Positions 11,197 through 24,300 of a stretch of 64,000 nt of DNA are shown here, piece after piece. The notes under the pieces were generated by a model, which saw only the letters and a list, made by a program, of their open reading frames with translations, was not told where the DNA came from and searched no databases. Made by a program: the position numbers and the translations under genes. The DNA is from Thecamonas trahens ATCC 50062 (Eukaryota > Protista > Apusomonadida), in NCBI RefSeq assembly GCF_000142905.1, contig NW_013657644.1, positions 1 through 64,000 on the forward strand. Direction: 5' to 3'. Each line of letters starts with the position of its first letter. Positions within the stretch are counted from its first letter, which is position 1.

Positions 11197-11710
11197 TTAC
11201 GCCTCCTCCCAAACATACTCGTAGGTGACTTCCTTCGAGACGGCGACAGACTTGTTCTTCTTGCCCCTCTTGGACTTCTTGCCCTTGATGACCTCTTCCT
11301 CGTAGACGTACTCGTATTCGACAACCGCCGACTTGCCCCCGACAGGCACGTCCTCGTAGACGTACTCGTAGTCGCCAGCTGCGCTACGCCCGCCCATGCC
11401 GAGACTCTTGGCAGGGACATGCTCGTAAACATACTCGTACTCTACGGTGGCGGCGGCACCATGTCGGCGGCCCCTGCCGCGTCCGCGTGTCGACGACTGG
11501 GTGACATCGTAGTCCTCCGAAGACTTACTCGCCTCCGAGGACGACGAGACTCCAGGCCCATCTGCAGCTGCAGCCGAAGCCGAAGCCCTCAACGGCACCG
11601 GCGACGACGACGATGAGGACGACGACGTTGATAACGAAGCCACAGATGACGTTGATGACGAAGCCACAGACGACGACGATGACGACATCTCATCCGACGA
11701 CGACGACGAC

Positions 11711-11756
<46 letters not shown>

Positions 11757-14353
11757 ACGACGACGCCGAGTTCGACACAGACGATGCGAAAGAGGCTGAT
11801 GACGACAGTGCCTCGGTCGCCGTCGACGACGCCGACGTTGCGGACGTGTCCGATCCCGAGCTGCTGGTGCTTGACGAGGTCTTGGCGCTACGGGCGGAAG
11901 GCGACGAACGCTTCGACCGCAAACTGGTCTCACCGCGCGACGACGAGGTGGCCTTGGCCATGGCCGACTGTCCTTTGCGCGCATGCTTGGCCTGCTTCTT
12001 TTGGAGCGCGCGTTGTTCTGAGGCGACCTCCTTGGCAACGCTGGTGCGTTCCCGCATTGACTTGGAGGCCTTCTTGGAATACTTGGCGGCAGCATCCTTG
12101 TCACCCGCCATGTGCGCCGCGTGTGCCTTGCGCTGCGCGTCGGCGGTCTTGGCATCGAGCTGGGCCATCTTGTTGAAAAGCTTAGCTTGCTTGACCTGCG
12201 AGGCTGCCACCGCCTTGCGGTGATCAGCGGAAGCAGTGACGCTGGCTATGGCGTTAGCGTCGAGCGCTGGCGCAGCCGATGGGCGCGGGCCGGACCAGGA
12301 GTTGTAGCCGGCTGGTGGGCGAGCCCTGCGGCTGTTGACCGGCATCGAGAGCGAGTTGAATCCGGCGGGTGCCATCGATTGCGGCGGCGGCGAGCGCGTG
12401 GGAGGCGTGGCCCCTCCAGGTGCCCGCGGCAGAGACCCGAACCCGGTGCCCGAATGAGACGAGACGTTGCCGCCCGCACTCGCAGCGGAGCTCACGGCCA
12501 TACCGCCTCCAGCCGCGGGGCCTGTGTTTGCACCTTGCCCTGACTCTGCCGTCGTGTTGACGCTCAATCGATTGTCATTGCCAGCTCCCATCGCGGTCGA
12601 CCTCGCTTTGGTGCTTGTACCCAGGCTCGACGCCGCTGCTCCAACGCTGCGGGCGTCAGCACCTTGCCGCGACACAGTAGCCGCTGGCATCGTTGGCATG
12701 TGGTACCTCACGCCTGTGCTCGATCCCTTTCGCGCTCCAGGTGCACCTTCCCCGGCGTGGCCATACTGTCCCGGGTTGCAGCGCCAGTGCTGGAGACTGC
12801 AGTTGAGGTCGCGGCCCTGTGTCCAGCCGGTTCCGTCGCAAGCGCAGCACTTGGTGCTGCCGAGCTAGATGCCACTCTTGCCCTGGAGCTTGGCGTCGCA
12901 CTTGCCGATCCCATGTGCGAGCCAGACCACACACCGGCTGCTGGACCAGACATTCCATGCCCGCTCACACCACCAGTGCCCGACATCGCGCTCACGGGAC
13001 CGCCCTGTCCACCTGACGCGACTCTGGCACCAGCACCGGGAGCCACAGACACAGTCTGCACCCCGGCTCCAGATCCATACATCGCACTTGCTGATCCCAT
13101 GTGCGAGCCAGACCAAACACCGGCTGCTGGACCAGACACCGCATATCTCGGCCTGTATCCGCCATCCCAGGGTGCAAATGTATACCCACCCATTCCGCCG
13201 GGGCCGGACATCAGGTACACGGGACCGCTGTTGCTACCAGGTACAACTCCAGCGTCAGTAGTCGATGTCGCCCCGCCATCATCTGGCTCCGCAGACGCAA
13301 CCTGCACCCCGGCTCCAGAACCATACATCGCGCTTGCCGATCCCATGTGCGAGCCAGACCACGCACCGGCTGCTGGACCAGACATTCCATGCCCGCTCAC
13401 ACCACCAGTGCCCGACATTGCGCTCACGGAACCGCCCTGTCCACCTGATGCGACCCCGGCACCAGCACCGGGAGCCACAGACACAGTCTGCACCCCGGCT
13501 CCAGATCCATACATCGCACTTGCCGATCCCATGTGCGAGCCAGACCACGCACCGGCTGCTGGACCAGGCATTCCATGCCCGCTCACACCACCAGTGCTCG
13601 ACATCACCCACACAGGACCGCTGTCTCCGCCAGGCGCGACTCCGACTCCAGCGCTAATAATCGCCACCGCCGCACTCTGGTCGACTGCAGCATCCGTCAC
13701 ATTGACCGCACTATCATCCACTTTGCCAGGGCCGGTAGTCATCGCATACCACGATGGGACAAGTTGGACTGGCGTTGCGGCCGGAGCCAGCGGCCAAGCG
13801 CGACCGCTAACGTTGACACCGCTACTGGCGCCGAGTACACCCCCGAGCGCGCCGCCGAACCGCACCACCACCTTCACGTGCCGCACATATTGCGGGCTAC
13901 AGCGCTTGCGAGCGATGACAATGTTAGACACTGGTACCGCAAACGGCAGTGTCATGCACGTCGACGAGTACAGCGCCCAGGTTGACCACTTGCGGAACAA
14001 ATCCTCCGCGAGAGCCACGAACCGACCGCAGCCCACAGGAAGACAACGCCCGCAAGGTGAAAGTCAAGGACGCCCGGATGGACGCCAAAGCCCACTCCCT
14101 GCAGCATGTCCACCAGTGCCTGCCGCGTCAACCCGCGTCCCAGCACCTTGCGCTCGCTGCCCATGCTGCGGGTCAGGCGCTCGAAATGTTCGTTAGCCAC
14201 CTGAGCCAACGGCTGAATAGCCTCTTCCTCCCTGCCGGCCAATCCACTGACTACATCCGCACGACCACTGTCTGCAGCACATGAAACAACTTCAACGTTC
14301 TCCTTTTCGCTTGCAACTGCAACGCCTGTCTTGCTCATTGCTGCACTTGCCAT
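11197..14353 (-). CDS. Large low-complexity protein with ~62-aa tandem repeats, a Ser-rich tract and a C-terminal YEYVYE array; probably one gene broken by frameshifts near 14037 and 12750
   Basis: ORFs 13952-14563, 12708-14036 and 11197-12711 overlap end to end on the minus strand and can be joined by 1-nt indels. Confidence 0.55.
12899..13620. repeat. Coding tandem repeat, ~186-nt unit, about 4 copies (one interrupted, one partial)
   Basis: CTTG(C/T)CGATCCCATGTGCGAGCCAGACC-like unit starts recur at ~12899, ~13085, ~13331 and ~13517. Confidence 0.9.
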
Positions 14354-14447
14354 GCTACAGTCGGCTCGATTAAGAGAGAGATATGACGACACTGTCGCTT
14401 TTTCTCTGCCGCACTTTAGCACCCAGCCATCTCGCCACAAACGCAAC

Positions 14448-15266
14448 TCATGACGAATCGCTGTCAGACTCGCTACCCGACTCGCTCTCCGACTCATTCG
14501 AGCACGAGCTGGAGCTAGCGCTAGCGCTGGCACTGGCACTGGTGCTGTTGCTAGCACCACCAATCAAGGCCACCAGTCTGTCCGTCTGCTGGCCACCGAT
14601 CCGCTGCCAAACGAGCTGCAGCTGCCGGGCATGCGCGACGTAGGCCCGGCGAAGGCGAAAATGCGCTGCCGCAGCCGCGCGCCCGGCCTCGGCATGAGTT
14701 CCTGCCAGCCGCCGTGCCTCGTCGAGATGGTCGCGAACACGGGCGTAGTCGCCACCAAACGCTGCCAGCCGTGCAAAGTGATGTGCCGCCCCAATCTTGC
14801 GATACGCTTCGATCCACATGCGCTGCGCCTCGCTGATCTCGCCCTGGATTTCACTCACCTGAGCAGCCAGCTCGCTGCGGAGCGTCGCTAACTCGCCCGC
14901 AGCCTCTTCATCTACCAGTGGTCGCGGCTGCGGCGGAACCAGCCCGTACATCGACCCCGACCGCGCTGCATACACGCCTCCGTATCCGCTACCGTACCCG
15001 CTCGCCAGCCCGCTGCTTCGTCCGCCAATGTAGCCATACCCGCTCATCGTCTTGCGCATCGGACCCGATCTCAGTCTCTCCCTCGCCGCCCGACTGCCAC
15101 CATTCCATGACCGCACGCCTGTTCCCAACGTCTCTCGGGCCCCACCTGCACCGCCACCAACGACACCACCACCAACGACACCACCACCACCACCACCACC
15201 ACCAAGATGTAGCTGCCCACGGTAATACCGTGGGACTAGCGGATGTGCAACACTGGTCATATCCAT
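14448..15266 (-). CDS. Hypothetical protein with a coiled-coil segment and acidic Ser-rich tail
   Basis: 272-aa ORF with a heptad region (ELATLRSELAAQVSEIQGEISEAQR). Start position uncertain. Confidence 0.6.
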   Translation of the reverse strand: MDMTSVAHPLVPRYYRGQLHLGGGGGGGGVVGGGVVGGGAGGARETLGTGVRSWNGGSRAARERLRSGPMRKTMSGYGYIGGRSSGLASGYGSGYGGVYAARSGSMYGLVPPQPRPLVDEEAAGELATLRSELAAQVSEIQGEISEAQRMWIEAYRKIGAAHHFARLAAFGGDYARVRDHLDEARRLAGTHAEAGRAAAAAHFRLRRAYVAHARQLQLVWQRIGGQQTDRLVALIGGASNSTSASASASASSSSCSNESESESGSESDSDSS

Positions 15267-15398
15267 TCTTTCTCCACCAACAACTACAGTTCCACGAGGA
15301 GTGTCCCTTTCACCCCCCCCCCCGTCCCGTCCCTCCAGTCCTTGCTCCCCGTCACTTCACCCCCCTCCCCCCCCCCACCACACACACAGACCCTGACC

Positions 15399-16331
15399 AT
15401 GTCGCTCAGTAGCACCAGTCGAGGATTCCACATGCGGGATCCAAGTAGAACACCATACAAACATCTTGCCTTTGCACACTCACTGGCTCTCCTTCTCCTT
15501 GCCCTTGGCATGTACGGATGGGCGCTCCGCAACTCACTGGCAACACACAAAGGCTTTGATCTCGGCGCTCCGGTCTTTGTTCTCCTCGCTCTGGCTGGTG
15601 TATGTGGCTGCTACGCTGCTGCTGATCGCTCGACCCTTTACTCGGCCGTCCATCTTGCTGCCCTTGCCACTGCACTGGCAGGTGTCGTCGGCGTCTACGG
15701 CGTCTCGCTCGGCGCTGTCAATGTGTGCGGACGGAGCGACGCGAGCTGCTTGACTGGCGATGCGCTGCAGAAGGAGAACATCGAGCTTGCACTGCCGCTG
15801 GCTGGATGGATTCTGTGGTGCGGTGGTGGAATGGTCGTTGTCGGCCTGGCCACGGTCTCAGACGAGGTCCCGCCCGACGCCCGCATCTCGCCCTTCCTCA
15901 ACGTCGGTGCCGGCTCGCTCCTACCTCGCGCAGTCTTTGGCATTGCGCTGGCCAACCTCGCCGGCGGCACCGCGGCCTTTGTCCAAGCATGCGTCGCCTC
16001 GCTGCAGACCTCCCGCCTCGCTGCGGGCGTCATCGGCTTCCCGCTGCCTATGCTCGCCGGCGTCACCGGCCTCTTTGCTGCCCGCTCGCGCTTTCCATCC
16101 TACGCCCGCCTCCACTTTGCCACGCTGGTCGCCTCCCTGGCTGCCACCCTTGTCACGTACGTCTTCCAGCTTGCCCGCCAGGACGACGACAACGCGCCTA
16201 TTGTCCGCGATGGCGTCCTTCTCGGTGCATGGGTGATCTCCGGCCTGGTAGCCACTGCCGTCGCCTCGCGCCACGTCGCCTACGTCACCGACAAGTGGCA
16301 AGAGTCGGCCACGCTCCGCATCATCCGCTAG
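15399..16331 (+). CDS. Polytopic membrane protein (~8 TM) with internal duplication
   Basis: Two similar 4-TM halves: LAGVCGCYAAADRSTLYSAVHLAAL and LAGVTGLFAARSRFPSYARLHFATL. Confidence 0.75.
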   Translation: MSLSSTSRGFHMRDPSRTPYKHLAFAHSLALLLLALGMYGWALRNSLATHKGFDLGAPVFVLLALAGVCGCYAAADRSTLYSAVHLAALATALAGVVGVYGVSLGAVNVCGRSDASCLTGDALQKENIELALPLAGWILWCGGGMVVVGLATVSDEVPPDARISPFLNVGAGSLLPRAVFGIALANLAGGTAAFVQACVASLQTSRLAAGVIGFPLPMLAGVTGLFAARSRFPSYARLHFATLVASLAATLVTYVFQLARQDDDNAPIVRDGVLLGAWVISGLVATAVASRHVAYVTDKWQESATLRIIR

Positions 16332-16340
16332 CCACCGCAT

Positions 16341-16800
16341 TCACTGCCGCAGATCGCGCCGCAGTATCGCAGACACCTTGCGCAGCCGCGCCATGTACTT
16401 GGCCCGGTGCTTGGACGACATCGAGATGTTGTTGAACGCATCCTGCCAGACTGCCACTCCGCGCTGCAGCGTGTACTTGTCCACCCCGCGCGCCTCCATC
16501 ATCCCGATGAACAGCTCGGCGTCAAAGAAGCTCTCGACCAGCCGATGATAGCACTGCGCGTCAAACACATCCTGCGGCCTCGTCGCATTGACATTGAGCC
16601 CCACGACGCCATCACCAAGCCCTCCAGTCATCCCTGCCCCAGCCATGATCCCAGCCATTCCATCCCCGCTCGCGTAGCTGGCCTTGATCCCCGCCGCCCG
16701 CCGCGCCTCTTCGCGCTCTCGCTCGCCCTAAGCCCCTTCCGCGTGAGTCCCCACCGCATCATCACGCTCCGCACCGTCTCCTCTCCACATCCACCCCGCC
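16341..16800 (-). CDS. 3' part of a hypothetical gene; 5' end probably in the N-gap; possible frameshift near 16727
   Basis: ORF 16341-16658 has globular-looking sequence and extends upstream (EREREEARRAAG). Possible acceptor TGTAG ending at 16801. Confidence 0.5.
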
Positions 16801-17040
16801 CTACACACCTACCCGGATCCCACCGCCNNNNNNNNNNNNNNNNNNNNNNNNNNNNNNNNNNNNNNNNNNNNNNNNNNNNNNNNNNNNNNNNNNNNNNNNN
16901 NNNNNNNNNNNNNNNNNNNNNNNNNNNNNNNNNNNNNNNNNNNNNNNNNNNNNNNNNNNNNNNNNNNNNNNNNNNNNNNNNNNNNNNNNNNNNNNNNNNN
17001 NNNNNNNNNNNNNNNNNNNNNNNNNNNNNNNNNNNNNNCC

Positions 17041-18282
<1,242 letters not shown>

Positions 18283-18310
18283 ATCATTCCCATCCCTACT
18301 CTCCTTCTCT

Positions 18311-21300
18311 TTACCACGGCGCGCACCAGCCCTGGAAGCAGACACACAGGTTCTCGTGCGCCGTCGCATCGCGGATGAGCCGGTCGACCTGCTCGCTGAC
18401 ACCCAGCTTGACGCCCGGGTCAAAGTCGCGCCCAACGAGCTTATCCGCCACCCGGTCCACCACCCGCCGCGCCTTGGCGTTGAGGTCGGTCCCGCCGGCG
18501 CCGGCGTCCACGTTGAGCCGCCACGAGACGAGCGGGTCGTGGATAAACGCCTCGAGCACCGCCATCAGCGAGTCGCGGTTGTTGCGCAGCAGCTCCATCA
18601 CGTCTTCGCACGTCGCCCGGAAGTTGCCCTCGATCCCGGCCACGTGCATGGCGTTGACCATAAACCGCGTCAGCCGGAACGGCACCTTTTCCGCGTAACG
18701 CTCGCGGAGCATCGCCACTTCGAAGCAGTCGCCGTAGTCGACGTGGAGCACCTTGCCCGACCACCGGTCAAACATGATGTTTGACGGGTGCCGGTCGCCG
18801 AGCCCGAGCACGTACCCAACCATCGACATCACCGCCAACGACTGCGTGTACGCTAGCCGCTTCTCGTACCACACCTCGGCGTTCGGCGACTTGAGCCAGA
18901 AAATGTTAGCCAGGTCCTTGCCGTCTGTCGCCTCCAGCGCAGCCTCAAACGCTTCCAGCTTTTGCACAACCGTGAGCGTGTCAAACTTGGACGGGCCCAT
19001 GTCGCGCATCACCGCGTGCTCCTTGTCCAGCGGAATCCGCCGCTCCCGCCGATACTCCTTCATCAGCGAGTGGAACGTGTCGTAGTCCGCCACCCACCAC
19101 AGCAGGCCCGAGTTGGGCGAGAGCGGAATGACCTCGTACGTCTCGATCGACAGCCGCTTCCGCGCGGTCACCGCCTCGGTCCCCAGCAAGAGATTAACCA
19201 GGTGGAAGAGCTGCATCGCACGCGCGTCCTGTCGCAAGTCTTCGTGCCCCTTCAGCAAGTACCGGTACCGCAGCCCGTCAGAGCCGCGGATGCTCAGCTG
19301 CCGCGGCCGCTGTTTCGATTGGATGATCGCCACAGTCGGCACAAACGACTCGATTCGCGCCAACTCTGCCTCACCCGCACGGTACACGCCGGGCACCGCC
19401 AGCGACAGTCCCGACAGCGCCCGGAGCTCAGGCGACGTGTGCTCCAGGTTGAACGACGTCTGCAGCGGAAGCTGCTGCTGAAGCTGCCGGAACACGTGCA
19501 GGTACGAGTCCCAGGCCCGCGTCAAGTCGTCCTCGGCCTTGGTCACCATATACCGCCTCACAAGCTCGTACGCGTCCTTGAGTGGCTTGCCAAAGCTCTG
19601 CACAAACGCCACCTCGTTGGTCGTCCGCGGGCCCGCGGCCATCATTCGGTGCAACGGCGTGAGCACCTCAAGCATCCCGTTGAGGTCCTTGTGCCCAAAG
19701 TAACAACGCGACGCCTCGTCAATGCCCTCGAACCACAGCTCGGCCCAGAGAATCGAGACACGAATGAGCTCCTGCGACACAAGCGCCGCCTCGTCCACAA
19801 GCAGCGCAGAGTGCGCACGCATGCCGTTGAGCAGCGCCTCCGCCGCGGCCACTCGCTCCGCCGACTGCGACTTGGCCGCCACCCACAGTGGGAACACCAG
19901 CGCCTGCGGGTGCTCGCGCGCCAGCGATGAGAGCAGCGTGTGGATCGACGCAGACACCGCTGCGTCCGTGTTGTGAATCCGCGCGATAATCTGTGGCACC
20001 ACGTTGAGCCAGATCCGGGACGGAATCTGCACAAACGACGCCTGCACCAGCTCAAGCACTTTGCTCTCGTGTCCGTACGTGAACCAGAGTGTCACAAGAC
20101 GGAGCAGGTCCGGCAGCACGTCCGTCTGTCGCATGCAAATCGCCCGCACAAAGCCCTGCACAGCCGCAACCACGTACTTGATCACCGTCGAGCCCGAGCC
20201 ACCGCTCCCACTCCGCACACGCTCGCCGCTCCGCCGCAGCGGCCCGCCCCGGCCGCTTCTGCCCATCCCATCGCTGCCAAGCTCCTCGCCGTCCTCGTCA
20301 GAGTCCGACAGCTCCAGCGACGAGACCGACGACGAGAGCTCGAGCTCGTCGCCGCCGCCGCTGCCAAACCCATTGCTTCCAATCCCGGTCTCGGTTCCAG
20401 CTCCAGCCCCAGCTCCGGCTGCCGCGGCAGCGCCAGACCCTGCCCCCACTCCGGCCTCGGCATCCGCCGCTGCCCGGATCAGCTCTGCATTCATCATGCC
20501 CCACTCGTGCCACGCCTCGTACCACTCCATGTAGTACGCCGTCGCTGCATGGAACGCATGCAGAATGCCAGACACCGCCTCGGCCTCAACACGCCCGCCC
20601 CCGTCGAGCATCACCGCCTTCTTCCACTTGCCGAGGTCCAAGTACGCCTGCGCCAACGCCTCAGAGTCGTCCGTAATGTGCTGCACAAACTCGGAGAGCG
20701 CCGCAATCGCAGCCTCACGCTCACCAGACGCCCACATGTTCCGCAGCGCCGCAAGCGAAACCCATGGCTTGGACGGCGCAAGCCCCGACGCCGGCGATGC
20801 GTGCGGCGCAAGGAGCGAGACCAGCGTCTGGTGCGAGAGCGAAATGTGCTTCGACGAAAGACAAATCGACGCAAACCGCACGAGCACGTCCTCCTGCTCC
20901 TCCGGCTTGAGCGCAAGAGACCGCACCGCAAGCAGCTGCTGCCACACCTGCACGTTCTCCGTCACCCCGTACAGCCGCTTCACCCACACCTCGCGCCGCA
21001 GCGACCGCACCTCCGGCGACTCACACTCCTTGTACGCAATCACCTCCTCAAGCTCCGCGAGCTGCTGCACGCGCACAAGCAGCGAGTACGCCCGGTTGTA
21101 CGACTCGTCCACCAGCGCCACAACCTGCGTCGAGAGCACGTCGCGCGCAAGCTCGATGTACGCACGCGCACGCGGGTACTCGCCCTTGTGCACCGCAAGC
21201 ACCGCATGGAAGAACGCGCCCTCCACAGTACCGGGATCCAGCTGCGAAATATACGTCGCTGCCTGGTCCCATGCGCCCAGCGACCACGCCGCCGTCGCCG

Positions 21301-24300
21301 CCAGCGGTGCCACAAGCCGCCGCGCTTCCTCGGGTGACGACGAGTACACAGACTGCGAGAGCGAGTCCACCGCAGACCACTCGCCGAGGGCAGAGTGGCA
21401 CCGCATCATCCCCACAAGATTCTCCGCGTTGAGCGGGTCGCTCGCCGCCAGGCTCTGGTACTCGGCAAGTGCGTTGTTCCACTGCCCGAGTGTCTCGTAC
21501 ATCGACGAGTTGAGCTCGATGTTGTGGTACCGCTTGGCGTCCACAAGCACGCCTGATGCCGCCTCGGCGTCCTGCAGCTGGTGGTTAATGGCAATGAGCT
21601 CTTCCACAAGCGCCACGTCCTTCACCTCTTGTGCCTCGTACTCGAGCTCCTTGTACCGCAGCGCCTTGGCGTACGCGCGGCACGAGACAGCGAGCTCACC
21701 CAGCGACCGGATTGGAATCGGCAGCGCCTGCGAGTTGCGGTCCATGTACTCGGCAAGATTGAGCAGTTGCTGCAGAATCTCTGCCGGAATCGGCGCGTCA
21801 AGCGCGTCGCGCACACACCGCACAAGCTTCTCGCGCGCGCCCTCGTCCAGCTCGGTCCAGCACGAGAGAAACGCTGCGTTGAACAGCTGTCGTGCCAGGG
21901 GATAGTAGCTCTGTGCCATCGTCCCGCACGCACGCAGCGCAGGCGCCGAGCTCTGCTTCAGCTGCATAACAGACACCCGCCGGATCCACTGCATCCACTC
22001 TTCCTTGGTCGTCACCTGCACAATCCGCCACGCCCCAAGCAGCGGCCGCGTCGAGACCGTCATCTTGCCCGGCGCACGGGTCCCGGCCCGCAGCGTGGCC
22101 TCGGTCTCGTCGAGCCCGGTCGCGCGCGACCACGGCAGCGACTCCGGCAGCTCCGCTCCAACCGTCAGCGCTCGCGCCAGTCCGTCAAAGCCCTCATTGT
22201 GGACCGCGAGGTGCGTAAACGTCGACGTAATCGCCGGAAGGAAGATCTTGTATTGCTTCCCGAGATGTGCCGCAAACACGCCGAGCACCCAAACCGCAGA
22301 CTGGATGAGCTCGCGCCCAGACGCCGAGCTGAGCCCGCCCGCCCCGGCCTCGCCGCTACCGCCGCCGTCTCCAGTGCCGCCGTCGTCGTCGCCCTTGCCC
22401 GACACTACGCTTCCGCCATCGTGACCACCGATGCCAGGGCCAGCGCTCAGGTGGCCTGATCCCGCTCCACCGCCGACCGGCGACGCAAACGACATCGAGA
22501 GCGAGAGCGAGGAGAGCCCCAACCCGCCGCCAGCCCCACTCACCGACCCGTCGTCGCCGCCGCCGGCCCCGACCCCGCGGTAGTCAATAACCCCGAGTGC
22601 AGATCCCGAGCCACCGCGGCTAACACGCATCCCGCCCTCGATCACCGCAAGCAGTGCGTGAATGATCCGAGACGCGTGCGCAGAAAAGTTGTGCACAAGC
22701 AGGAGTGAGCCGAGCGTTTGAACCGCTGTCAGCCGCGTCCGCACCGGCACGAGCTCAGACTCAAACATGTGGATAATCGCCTCGAGCACAAGATCCGCAT
22801 AGTGGTCGAGCGCAGAGCCAAAGGTCTGGAAGCCCGCCAGAATCCGCGGCCCGTTGAAGACCGGCTCCGCCTCGAGCATGCCCAGCAACCGCGGGAGCAG
22901 CCGCGGGAGGAACGACTTAAAGTCGTCCGGCAGAATGATGGAGATTTCTTCCACCAGCGCCACAAGCTGGTTCACAATCGACGCGTCCCAGTACGTCACC
23001 ACAAGATCAAAGAGCTGCGGGAGGAACGGCCGGATGTGCTGCTTGACCGTGTGCACCAGCGTCGAGAGGTTCTGAAAGAGCGACTCGCGGTAGACAGGCT
23101 CGCACGACCGGATGAGCGGGAAGAGAACAGGAATGAACTCCTTGAGGAACGGCGCCGTCTTGTTCATCCCAATCGAGTGGAAGATCTGCATCAGCGCTGA
23201 GACCGCAAGCTTGTGGTGCCGCGCGAGCGTCGAGCTCTTGAGCACGTACATGACGCACGCCACCGCCACCTGCTCATAGTACTCGCCCGACGACGGCGAC
23301 AGCAGCCGTAGCTGCGACGCCAGCGGCAGCTCCTGCTCCTCCTCTGACGGTGGCGGTGCGCCGGTCCCAGACCCGTCCCCGCCGCCCGCTCCACCTCCTT
23401 CGCTCGTCAACGCCAGGCTACCGGCCCCGCTCTTGGGCTTGGCGCGCTTCGACGACGCCTGCTCGTGCGCCACCCGCGCCTGCTCGGCAATGACAAACGG
23501 GTCGAGCGCTCCCAGCGATCCGATGACCTTGATGACCAGCCGCCGGATCGCCACCTGCTGCGATGTCTTGAGCACGTTGAGCAATGTCGTGAGCAGGTGC
23601 GGGTAGTCGATGTACGGCTGAATGACCGTTCCAGTGTTGACCACAAAGTCGCCAAGCGTCCGCAGCGCCACATACCGCTTCACCGTCGACGACGAGTCCG
23701 ACAGCGCCTTCATCAGGAGCGGGAGGAGCGTGTGGACATAGACCGTCAGCTGCGAGCCGCCCACGTGGCAGCACTCGCCAATCGCCCGGAGCACGTGCGC
23801 GTTGAGCAACGGGTTGTCGCCGTCGGCAAGCATCGGAAGCAGCCGCTTCATGATCGGCTGCACGTAGTGCTTGGCCACCGCCGGGCAGGCGTGGATGAGA
23901 ATGCCGAGCATGTGCGCCGCCTCCTCGCGAGTCACAGGGTCCAGCGAGAGCTCCAGCAGCGTGAGCAGCCGCATCAGTGTCGACCGCATTGCAGGCAGCA
24001 CATACGCCGGATTTTTGGTCGAGAGCCGGCCCACAATCCGGAGGCCCATCTCGCGAATCCGGAGCACTGGGTCGTTGACCGTGAAGAAAAACGCCCGCAG
24101 ATTGTCTTCTTGCGCCAGAAACAGGTCGAGCGTGTGCTCCGAGACCCCGGTCTCGCCGCTCGCCCGCCCAGGCTCTGCGAGCGGGTTGAGTTCCTGCGGC
24201 GGATGCGAGTTCGCTGCACCGCCCGAGTCGCCCTTGGTCAGCGCCGCCACTTCGGCGGCGTGCGACGTGACCTCCAGCGGGCCAGCCGGCGACGGCGGCC

